Below are positions 41,238 through 52,599 of a DNA stretch of 64,000 bases, in pieces (within the stretch, counting starts at the first letter, position 1; every line of letters begins with the position of its first letter). Location: NCBI GenBank assembly GCA_038496445.1, contig JALMLS010000448.1, positions 1 to 64,000 on the forward strand, given 5' to 3'. Below the pieces are notes generated by a model. That model was not told the DNA's origin. It searched no databases and saw nothing but the letters and a program-made list of their open reading frames with translations. The translations under genes were made by a program, and so were the position numbers. The stretch is from Trichosphaerium sp. ATCC 40318. Its lineage: Eukaryota; Protista; Tubulinea.

Positions 41238-44147
41238 TTATTTTAATTTTACAGTGCCTTTAGCCATTAGAGAATTTTTTGCTAAGCAGTTGAATGTGCT
41301 GTGGTGTAAGCACTACAAGCTTTGAATCTACACAGGAATTATGAGAGCTTAATATAAACCTGTAGCTGTGAGAAAAAATAAATACGCTTTATTGTTTTTA
41401 TGGTATGACGTTATTGTAAAATATGAAAATCTTCTAGCTAGGTTATTTTTGTTCATCATTTATACCTTGAAAGTGTATAAAGAGTAGTAGTGCATTGAAC
41501 CTGAGTGTGCACACTAAAACGTTAGTTGTGGCTCCACAAAAAACGTCAAGTTCAGCTTATTGCTCTTGATTAGCGATATAAAACCGATTTAAACGCTTTT
41601 CATTTGTTGTAGTGCACTTTTTCCAAAAATGTTTTCAGTTTTTTTTCTCTTTCTAACTTATGCAACATCCCAAACAGCCAAAAATGATGTATACATACTA
41701 CACGAGCATGTTGAATACAATACATCATTTTTGGCTGTTTGGGATGTTGCATAAGATAGTGAACAAAATTGTTTTCTAAACGGCGTTGTTTGTGACCTCA
41801 TATCAGGGATAAGTAGTACATTACTGTTTAAGCGGATCTGGCCTATTCATTTGACAGAAAAACGTATTGTTGCTCTTAAATAAGGAATTAAAAGTTCCTT
41901 TTTTGCTGAAAAGAGCAAGGTACATATTTCCTATGATAATTGCATATAAGGTACTTATTGTGCATCTCTGTTAAGATCTTCCCCTTGAAATACAAACCTT
42001 AACCTATCGTATACGGCAGTTTCAGGTGAGTAGCTGACTGCTGTGTGACTGACACATTTTTTACTTTTTCATCAACTGCTTAGAGAAAAATTCTCTATTG
42101 CAAAAAGAATACCACCAATAAGGTTTAATCCTGTTACTAAAAGTAAAACAAGCGTGTAATTATCAGTCTCATCAAGTATAATGCCAGTAACTAAAAAAAA
42201 AATAAACAAGAAATTCTCAAAATTAACAAATTATTCCCCACGATAAAACGTCAGTAGATTCGTACCTGTGTTACCTAGAATACCTGGTATAGAAGAAAAT
42301 GTATTACACCAACCATATATCAGACCAGCATATCTAAGACTCATAATCAGAAGAAACTGTTTCACAAAGCTTAAAAAAGAAGACAAACCTTGGTGCTATA
42401 TCGAAAATATTCGTCCATGTTGCTGCTCCACGAAATCCGTCAAATCCAAATCCCAGACACAATAGAAATACTATTAATGCTGTGTTTTTAGTTGTTAGGA
42501 GACATAAATAGCAAACACATGATCCTATTCTACCAAAGTTCTCAAAAAGCTTCCGAACATGAACTCTTTTAAGAGTGTTTTTCTCAATGAGTTTATCCTG
42601 AAGCCAACTGCTCAGCATTCCAAATGTGAAGCTGAAAACATATGGCAAAGCAGCCAGGGATATACTTTCCTTAGATACGCCATTATCACGTAAGAACGTT
42701 GGTAGCCACAACAAGAACTAGGCATCATTAAAAAAAATAAAATAAATTTGATAAAAAAAGCACTGATGAAATAAGTCCGTACAATGTAGAATCCAAATGA
42801 GTTTGTGACAACTCCCATTGTAATAGCCCATATTGCAGGAGACTTTATACATTCCCAAAGTATACGTAACTCCGTCTAATAGAAGAAAAAACTGGTCAGA
42901 AATAGCCATCCTCTGTAAACTTTTGTACATGTTTTTTATCTCCATGAAACTCTCTTGTCAGAATAATGTATTGCTTCTCGCTCTCTGAAATATACGGTGC
43001 ATCTGTAGGATCATTGTAAAGTAAATAATAATATGGTATCATCCAAAGAAGGCCAGCGCTTCCGAAAATATAGAAAACATATCTCCAGCCTAATGTACTC
43101 TACATAAAAAAACAGAATATTAGAGAAGAGTACAATCTTAACTTATGATTTACAGATATAGATGGAGATATGGCAACACCAGCTATGAGTCCAAGGTATA
43201 GTGATACGTAAGTAGCAGATGTAGCTCGAGTCCGTTCTTGTGCAGGAAACCATCTCGCAAGGAAGTAATACAACGCAGGGAATGTTACACCTTCTGCTAG
43301 TCCCATCGCAACGCGAACCTTTAAGAAAAATTGAATATTTGTGTTCGCGTGCAATACGTACAATTATAAGCACGAAGAAGTTACCAGCGAACACGCTGGT
43401 TAATACAGTACATAAGCTCCACCCTACAAACACGAGCATGAGTCATATTAGTAGTACCCCGCCTTGACAATCTTACCAACAATGCCTACACCAAGAACCA
43501 CTTTCGCTCCCCACAACGAACAAGCAATACCAGAAGGAATCTCTAACGATTTGTCATATCAACGTGATAAAGTAAGTAGTGTACCAGTTACTAGATATCT
43601 AAAATACATTAGACTATTTATGTTCGTACCTGTCAGACCAAAAACAAAGTGGGTACCCATAGAAGAAAGATGACAATATAACACCCTTTTTTCAAAGTCA
43701 GACTTACGTATCACGTGCGTGACTTACTTTTTGAGTATCAGTCCAATTATACTCTTGTTGCATATCAATAATGGCAGAACCAATATTTGTTCTATCTAAG
43801 GAAAAGAAAGAGCTTAAAAAATTGAAAAAACCGAAAAGTGACTTACCTGAATAATTAATAAAAAGCGCTAAACAAAGCACTCCAAGTATTAAAAACCGCG
43901 ATTTAAATATCCCACCACATGCTTGCTTCGTTTTTACTTGTATTGGAGCCGCTAAGTTTTTCTGATCTTCAGAGTCACTTGTTTCTCTGTTGGTAATAGT
44001 AATAAGTATCAAGAAGTTACGTTGAGGGTACGATACCCCAACAAGACGCGAACAGGCACCGGTACACAAAAAAGCTATTCATTACGTTGTTAATTCCTCT
44101 AGCTCTATCTCATCATTATCTGTTACGCTATCAGCTAACTGAAGCAT
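41238..44147 (-). CDS. MFS anion:cation symporter (SLC17/sialin-like); last exon interrupted by the MITE (current stop at ~42072)
   Basis: DRTNIGSAII, RVAMGLAEGVTFPALYYFLARWFPAQERTRA, WLPTFL, DIAPR; original tail MAKGTVKLK* at 41238-41267. Confidence 0.9.
41270..42095. mobile_element. 826-bp non-autonomous DNA transposon (MITE) with 24-bp TIRs and TA target-site duplication
   Basis: Left TIR gagaattttttgctaagcagttga (41270-41293); right TIR reverse complement gagaatttttctctaagcagttga (42072-42095); TA at 41268-69 and 42096-97; removing it restores the SLC17 C-terminus. Confidence 0.88.
41657..41755. repeat. Perfect 36-bp inverted repeat with a 27-nt loop, inside the MITE
   Basis: cttatgcaacatcccaaacagccaaaaatgatgtat (41657-41692) / atacatcatttttggctgtttgggatgttgcataag (41720-41755). 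Confidence 0.95.
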
Positions 44148-44387
44148 GTTTTATAATAACTAAACTATCTATCTAACGGAAAAGTCAATCGCTTTCTTCC
44201 CGTCGCGAAGCGTCAAAAAACAGACTTGATGTTATGCAATCAGAATAGCTTGGGAAATCACGTGAAAACAATGAGATAGTTGATATCAATTAAAACACTG
44301 TGACAACGAGTAAGTGTTTGTAATGCCCAAAACGAAAAACTTAGAAAAAAGAGACTGTTGAATTATCGTGAAGACATCTTTCTTTTA

Positions 44388-46046
44388 TTAAGCATACATA
44401 TCCACAAGTGTACCTAAGTTTAGTTCTTCGGCTCTTTCTAAGCAAGCGTAAACAGCTGCTGCATCTTGTGCACCAACTCCTACAGATCTAATACAAAGTG
44501 TTACATCAGGCATTAATAACAAAGTGTAAAAAATATCATACTTGAAAAATGTTATTTCCTTGTCATCAGCACGACCCTGTGTGAGATAAAAGTGATTAAT
44601 GATTGAACAAAAATAATATAAATTTCGTTAAGTATCAAAAGAGGAGTGTAGCTATATAAAGAAGAACATAGATGAATTTTACAAAAGTGCTCCCTAAACA
44701 AAGCTTACTGTCTTTGATCTATTGAGAACTTCTCCAATTTCAGCATGGATCTTTGCTTTTGCTATGTGTATTTCGCCAGCTATATAGAAGAACACTTAGA
44801 TAACAAATAAACGCTTCACTTACCTTCAGCCTTTGCACTCTCGTAGCTATCAACGTATACCTTAGGTGCTGTTTTCAATTGTGTAAGATCAACCTAAATA
44901 AGTTATTAGCATTATTTTCTTTGCTTTAATCACGTGCTTCTCTATCAGTTAACATGTATACTCCCACAGAGCTAATATGTGTACCAGGTTTTACATGACT
45001 AGCGTTGAATACAGGAGTTTTAGCAGAAGTTGCAGTGATGATAATGTCAGACTAAAGAAGTGAAACAGTTAGATAAAATAATAACTTTATCAAGATGCAA
45101 AGTACTTTTGCCACTGCTTCATTAACTTGCTTTTCTGTTTCAAGCAAATGTACTTTCATTCCTTCTTTCCATGTATTTGCATTTGTTACAAATTTTTTCG
45201 CTTTTGATACTGTATTACCCTTTACATAAACAACCCTGCAAAAGTCAAAAAATAAGTTCAACAACTATTCAATTATAGTTTCTTTCTATGTCCGAGGGAC
45301 ATTGCAGGTCTTCACCACAAAAAATAGAACTGTTTGGAATACTTAACAAACACCAAAGTATATAGGATACTTGATGGTGACGTACTTTATATCTCTCACT
45401 GCCATTATAGCCTTTAAGTTTGACTCGGCCTGAAAACTTGATCCAAAAACAGTAACAATTGTAGACTCTTTTCTTGCCAATTCTTCAGCGGCAGCACCAG
45501 CGCCAGCACCTGTACGTATTGCTGTAAGAGACCCTCCTTCAACAACCGCTCTGGTCAACCCTAAAGGTAACGTTAAACAAAAAAACCCGAAAAAAATGAG
45601 AATTTGCAGATTCTGCTTTCGTTCGTTATCCTGTACGATAGCCTTACCTGTGACAGCGTCCAGAGCTAGAACTGTAGCAGAGATAGTGGGTAACCTGTTA
45701 TAGAGTAAGAATTATACACTAGACGGTGTAGTATGGCAAATACCCTTTCTCGGTGTTTTGCGGATAAATTGAAACAATTTTGACGCCTAGCTGGTTTGTT
45801 TCGCTCAAGTGAGATCCCATTAGCAATGTAGAGCCTTTTTCAGTATTTACAGCGGTACGAAGAGGCTCTTAAATTGAAGATCAGGTAACATCGACGAATT
45901 CGTTACTTACCACCTACATTGTTGCTGGAGAGTTGTTTAAACGCTGATTTCATTGCGTTTATACATACTGGATAGCTCAGAGCCTTTTCAACATCACTCT
46001 TTGCTAGAATGCGTACTCTACCTTGTGTAGTATCGGTTTTACTCAT
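44388..46046 (-). CDS. Ornithine cyclodeaminase / mu-crystallin (ketimine reductase) family
   Basis: LGVKIVSIYP, LTAIRTGAGAG, DIIITATSAKTPVF, PGTHISSVG, ITIF.SVGVGAQDA. Confidence 0.93.
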
Positions 46047-46642
46047 TTAGGTGTATTGTGGTGTTCACTTCTTAATTGTCAAAAAAGGTGTACTACAATT
46101 GACCATAACGGCTTTAAGAATAACTTCCTTTTTAGCAAACAAGTTTTTGCAACTCAGTAAAACAATTAACGGTTTGTATGCTGGTATCAGATTTACAAAA
46201 TATCATGTCAAAAGTGCTCCATATTCACTTAAGGTAGTTCCACCAAAAAGGCCGCAAATTGAGCGAGTTTTCGCTGTGGGTTGCACCACAGTCTATACTG
46301 TGAATATAAAGACTAATCACAGACTAACAAGCAACACATCAGCCTCGGCGATGGTCATAAATTGCTGTTGGACATGTTTTAACTACACAAATTGACCAAC
46401 TGAACACTGTTATAAACTTGGCTAGTAGCATCATACAAGGCGCTAGTGAATACATTTCTCCACGTCGCTAGATCTCTAGCAAACGGTAGAGTTGCCACAA
46501 CGAGCGCTTCATTCCAAAAACAAGTCTGACACTCGTAGTTTACTGAATCATCCAACAAGGTGCGCACAGTGCCCTACTACTGTTGAACTAGCGCTTAAAT
46601 TTGGTTAAAAGTACTCATCTCGTAACGACGCGAAGGTTACTG

Positions 46643-47913
46643 ATGGTAACGCTACTGGACTTACCTACAGAGGTTCTGTTGGATATTATGGATTTATCTC
46701 CAGAAGTATACATCAAATGGCCTGTTTTATCCAAAAAAGCAGCAACATCAACGCGATTTAATGCATACCTTGAAAAAAACGGTAAATGGAAACAATATCA
46801 TTTTAAAAAAAATAACGAAAAAGTTAAAACACGTGCTCAACAATATTGGCTAAACGGAAAAAGGTAATCAATATCGTTTTTCTTTTGAAAAGAATTCCTG
46901 TTTGTATTTTTGTCTCCCTATGTCACGTGACAACTCATTTTCTTTTTAGACATGGCGCGTATAAACGATGGTATGATAACGGTAATGTTGAACTTGACCA
47001 TACCTACGTTGATGGAAAACAAGAAGGAAAGCAAACAAGTTTTAGAGAGAATGGTAACACCCACTCGTACTGTTTCTATAAAGATGGTAAGCAACATGGT
47101 GAGTCAAAGGAGTGGTATGTCAACGGGCAAATTTGTGATGTTTGTCACTACAAGGATGGAAAGAGAAACGGAGAGAATAAACACTGGTACAAGGACGGTA
47201 ATCTACGTTTCTGTGATAACTATGAGGATGGTTATAAGGAAGGTGAAGGTAAGGACTGGTATCAGAGTGGCGGCATACGCCATCATAGAGTATTTAAGAG
47301 TGGTGTAAAAATAGAACATACTTCTTGGCATGAGAATGGACAAAAAAGATTTCATCGTGTTTTGAATCAAAGTCGTGAAGGTTTGTACACTCAATGGTTT
47401 GCTAGTGGACAACAGAGTGTTCTATATAATACAAAGAATGGATTGAAAGAAGGTGAGACTAGAACATGGTATAGTAATGGTGTACTAAGGACACAAATAT
47501 TTTATAAAAAAGGAAGAAAAAACGGTGGATATAGGAAATGGTTTGCTAATACTCGTCTTCATATTCTTTGCTCTTTTAAGGATGGAAAAGAGTATGGTGA
47601 GTATAAGAAATGGTTTGAAGATGGTAGAATAGAAGTGGAGTGTTTTTATAATAAATCAGGAAAAATACATGGTCTTTATAAGAGGTACTTTGAGGATGGA
47701 AAGTTGAAGATAAAATGTTCATATCAGAATGGAAAAGTTCTTTCGTTTAAAGAATGGCAGATTGATGGTTCGTTGTGTGATGATAGTAACGGAAAAGCAC
47801 ATGATAATTTTATAGCAAATAGTAATAATCATCAAATTGATAGTGATACAGAAGTTGAAATGATGTCAGAAAGTCAATCGGAAAGTCAAAAAAACAATTG
47901 TGTAATTTCTTAA
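46643..47913 (+). CDS. F-box-like + MORN-variant repeat protein, 2 exons
   Basis: TLLDLPTEVLLDIMDLSPEVYIKWP; intron 46864-46949; about 11 G..k.Wy.nG repeats. Confidence 0.88.
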
Positions 47914-48060
47914 TTAAACGCTTTAAAATTGTAACTCTATCAATTGTTCATGTCTTATTCAAGCGCAACAATACAGTAAAATACTTTTACTTACGTCTAC
48001 GTATAAATATAGGAACAAAGAGAAGAAGAGGATTGAAATTTTTTATTGTTTGAAAAAAAA

Positions 48061-50837
48061 TTAAAAAGAAATAGAACCTTTCCTAAAATCGGTTCTACCA
48101 ATCTTGGCGTTAATAACAACAGATTTACCAGTTTTGTAAATCTCACGTGCTTCTTTGATAACGCGGTCAATATCCTCTTCTTTATCGAGGTACAAACCTG
48201 TTTTGAAGAAAAGTCAGTAAAAGAAATCAACAATACACGAAAAAAAAGCATCTTTTTTTACCTGCAGCGCCAAGACCTTCAGCTATTTTATGGTAGTCAG
48301 TAAACTCCAACATACATCCAACATCGTCCTTTAAAATAACAACTTGATCCCTAAACAAGCTCAATGAGCAACAACAAGAGGAGCATGTCAGAATTAGAAA
48401 AAGTTTCAGTACCTATGAATTTGACTCCAACATGCGTCATTACCAATCAAGAGTATCACCGGGATATTATGGCGTCTAGCTGTATCTAGTTCGATCAAAC
48501 TACACAATAATTAAGATGGGAAAACACGCAAGGAGCGCCGCAACGAACAAAAAATTAAATGTTATTTCTCACCTCATTCCACAAGCACCATCACCGAAGA
48601 TGATCCAAACTTCTGTCTCTGGTTTGGCCATTTTTGCGCCGATTGCAAAACCCATACCAACACCAAGAGTACCAAAAGGACCAGGGTCAAGCCAACGTAA
48701 AGGAGCTCTAAAAATAAATTGTCAGGCAATAGAAGCTTTAGTACAAACTTTACCTTGGCTTTACAATGTACGACGCAGTTGCCACAAAATCACCTCCATC
48801 AGCGACGAGAAGTGCATTAGGACCTAGTAGGTTCTCCAATCGATGGCATAGTTTAAGAGGATTCACACCAGGCACTTTTTGTGAAGTTAATCCCTAATAA
48901 AGGTAAGTGACATTATACCATTTTGAATTTTGTTTTTTGACGTACTAAGATTTGTTTATCTCTAGCATCATTTCTTGTCTTTAAGATTGTATGCCAATCT
49001 TCCCATTGTGATCTCTTATCCTAAATACGCTATTAAAAAGCTGTACTTCTCCCATACATTCTCAGCAAACCAAAAAACGCCAAAAAGTTCAAAAACCAAA
49101 AACTTACTTGTGGCACGAATTTTCCGAGTTCGATCAAGAAGTCAGCAGGGTCGGCAAGTACAGGTAAGCTTGGAGTGCGATTCTTGTACAAGTCTACTTT
49201 ATCGCGGTTTACAGAAATAAGGAATCCTTTGCTGTTGATAGTGAAACCGTATCCTAATCTAAAATCTAGAGGTACGCCAGCAAGAATACAAACATCAGTT
49301 TCACGAAGCGCTAGTGTACGCTTGTGACGCATCTGAAGTTCACTAGATGTTCCCAACAGACCACGAGCCATACCAGACAGGAAAGTAGGTATACCCATTT
49401 TATCTACGGCACGACGTAGTTCTTCCTTTTGAATATTTTTAGAATGTTGTTTTTTTGGGAAATTATTAAAAGAAACAGAAGTACGTACTGCTTTCTCTGC
49501 GCTTAGCAAACTTTGACTTCCGACAATGAGTACAGGTTTTTTTGCGCCTTTAATCTTTTGGAGTGCAGTTTGTAGTTGAGATTTAGAAAAGGTTGGAATA
49601 GAAGGTTTTCTTGGCGCGTGAAAGCAAAAATCTATCAAAGAAATTTACAAAGTCAGAAATGAGGGTGAGGTATAAAGTATGCACTAAAATCACATGTGTG
49701 CGTACCTTTTTCCATGCCTGAAAATACTCTAGCAATATGTCTATCTATGTACCATCTTGTAATAGCAGCAGCCCACGAGGTGCCCTTTGGCTTTTGATTC
49801 TCCATTTCTTTTACAAGTGTTTTTTTACAGTATAAAAAGTCGAAAGGAATCTCAACAAATACTGGTCCAGGGACGCCAGATTGAGCCTCATAAAAAGCTC
49901 TGTAATTTAATAAATAAGCAAAATACTCATACAAATGCCACATTTCTATAACGAGGAAAAAAGGAGCGATCAAATAGCAAAAAACGTGAAAAGTTCCCAA
50001 CTAAAAAGAAGAAAGAAATTTCTTCAATAAAATGGTAACAACGAAGCCTACCTCTCCATAGTGGGAATGATTTCTCTTACAGTGTTAACATGTGCTTGCC
50101 ATTTAACATGAGGATCAAAAAGAGCTTGTTGATCAATATCCTAAAATCACGTGAGCGCCTTGGAGCTCTAAAAGAGCGAAGATTGGCTTTTTAGAGCTTC
50201 CGTACTTGTAGAGATCCCTTGCCTTTTAACAAGTCTGTAGTGGCGCCGCCGATAATTAATAGTGGTTTTTTAGCCATCTGAGCGTTTTTCACGGCAGTTA
50301 CTGTAGAAATACCAGTGTGAGATGAAATTTTCGGAAAGTCTCGTACTCGTGTTAGTAAGTCCAGGACCAGCCTATGGCTGCGTAAGAATTCAGTATTGAT
50401 GGGTTTTAAAACGTACCGTTACAATTGCGACACCAACCGTATCGGTCATTCTTAATTGGCGGTTAAAACGTTATAGAGAACCATTGATATACCTGGAAAC
50501 GGCGTCTGCGGCAAACGCAGCGTTTACTTCGTGTCGTACATCAATTACTTTTATACCATTTTGTTTACAACCTACAACTATAGGAGATATGTGTCCACCA
50601 CATAAAATGAATATTTGCCTGACGCGAAATTAAATTTTTGACGAGTGTCACTAAAACGTACCGAACTTGATGGTGTTTGATCACTTTAGACACCAGAACA
50701 CCAGGGTGGAAAAACTCATCTATTTTAATGGTTTCAACCACTTTTTGGCTTGTTTTAGATAGCTGGTACGCTGAGTAACCTACTGCGAGTCCAGCAGCTA
50801 CAGCAATACCGGTAGACACGGCGGGGTGCAAGCTCAT
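48061..50837 (-). CDS. ILVBL: Acetolactate synthase-like TPP enzyme (ILVBL/HACL2-like) with an N-terminal anchor
   Basis: [56 protein letters not shown]. Confidence 0.92.
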
Positions 50838-51074
50838 TATGTTTTAGTGATTCAAATGTCAAAATTGAACGGCTTAATTCAGACCGTAATTGACCTTATT
50901 AAGAGACGTCTCGATTGACAAATGCAATTGATTGTGTTCATGGATAGCTCAGAGTGAATAGTAGCGCTCTTGGTTTGATTGGATTAAGTTATCGCAGAGT
51001 AGGAATTGTTTACTTTGTTTGATGATGATTGTAATTTAGTCGGTTCGAAAAAGCACAGTCACAGCATCCTATGA

Positions 51075-52330
51075 GTGATCGCATGTATACTGCCAGTAAG
51101 TGACGAAAGTCAAACTCTTATTACATTAATCAAAGGTATAGCGGCTAAGAGAGGAGACAAAGTATTAGAGAAGTTCAACGTTTCTTCAGAGCTTGTAGAG
51201 CAAGTAGAAGTTTTAAAAACACAGCTTGAACTTGACGGGAACAAACAAGATAAGACTGTAATTCTACAACTTGGCCACGACGTCACGCTTAATGGTGTTA
51301 AACGTATGAAATATATGACACTGTGAGTACTAACCGAAGTAGGTGCTCTCAGAGATCTCCAAGATCTCAACATGAGATTGAAAATTCAGTAGAAAGCTAA
51401 AAGAAGCTGCTTCTGCTGCCGACTGGATGGGTTGCCAAGTATGCCCTACTGTTCCTACGAAACTGACGTTATACAGGCTCTTTATGAACGTTACGTTCTT
51501 CAACTCGCTTTATGCAGTACCGATTACGAAAAGGTTTTAGAGGAAAATGGAATGAAACAACATTTTTAAAGCTTCCTGTAGACACGATTTCGAACAAGCG
51601 TGCAATTGGAGCAGCTAGTTTGTTAATTGCGAAAAACGCAAAATTCACTTGGTAGCGTTAACGCCAGCAATAGAAATTGCTTTTGGGTATTTTCTTAAAG
51701 AGCAGACCCGTCGTTAAATCTTATGGCAACCTTGAAAGTGCACTATCGACAAAAGAGAGCGTAGATATTACCTTAAGCACATCTCAGGAAGGTCAATGCA
51801 TCAAGCTATATTGAATGTAACACAGTACGTAAGACTTACGTTAGAACTGCTAACGATACAACAGGAAACTACATGCCCCAGCAGCCAGGGTAGTTCAGCA
51901 TGCACTGGATCATGCAATCCCGTTTGAACCTTCACAAGATGTGATTAAGGTTATGAAACTGCAAGTAGATTTACATACAGAAGAAGATAGATAAGCTCTT
52001 GTACACTCACGATCATTTGTAAACTTCGCTAACGTTTCTCAAGATACACTTTTTGTTGCTAAGAAAGGAAAACTGAGAGCATTCTAAAAGAGCTAGCTAA
52101 CATTGTTTTCGGCAGCGAATGCAGAGTACACTGTGTACCAAAGACTGCAGAGCTTCTATTAGAGTTGGGCATCAAGTACACAAGACATTAGCTATATGGG
52201 GACGTTACAATAAAATATGTTACTTGATGTTATGTATTACCTTTGCTACCTCACTAGGTCCGTTTTATCATCAACCTAACAAGAGTAAATCAAGTAACAA
52301 TTCTCATAAATGCTCTTATAGCAACCTGAA
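51075..52330 (+). pseudogene. Possible degenerate BTB/BACK-like gene
   Basis: Coding-like blocks (LKEAASAADWMG; FLKLPVDTI) separated by stops and frameshifts. Confidence 0.3.
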
Positions 52331-52599
52331 ATAATCGCAATGTTAAGCTACTTTTCAAAAGCTCCAGATTTGAGGCAAGCACTGATTTTCTTCTCCTAAT
52401 CACAAGTACTCCATAAGGATAAATCAAAAACATTGCTTGTGTACTCTGGTGGGGTTACCTACGCCTGTAAACCATCTCGAAAAACTAGTTAACAAAAATA
52501 GTGTTATTTCGAGGTCAAACTAATGACACAAATCACCGAAACAACTACTTACTTAACAGCAACAATAGCGAATCTCCGTATCGTTCTTTTGTACAGGTT

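Noticed and set aside
41270-42095. MITE acting as an introner (spliced out)
   Set aside because: On the coding strand it begins GA and ends TC; there are no splice dinucleotides at the borders
46051-46567. Short ORFs between the OCD and MORN genes
   Set aside because: Non-ATG starts and no recognisable motifs
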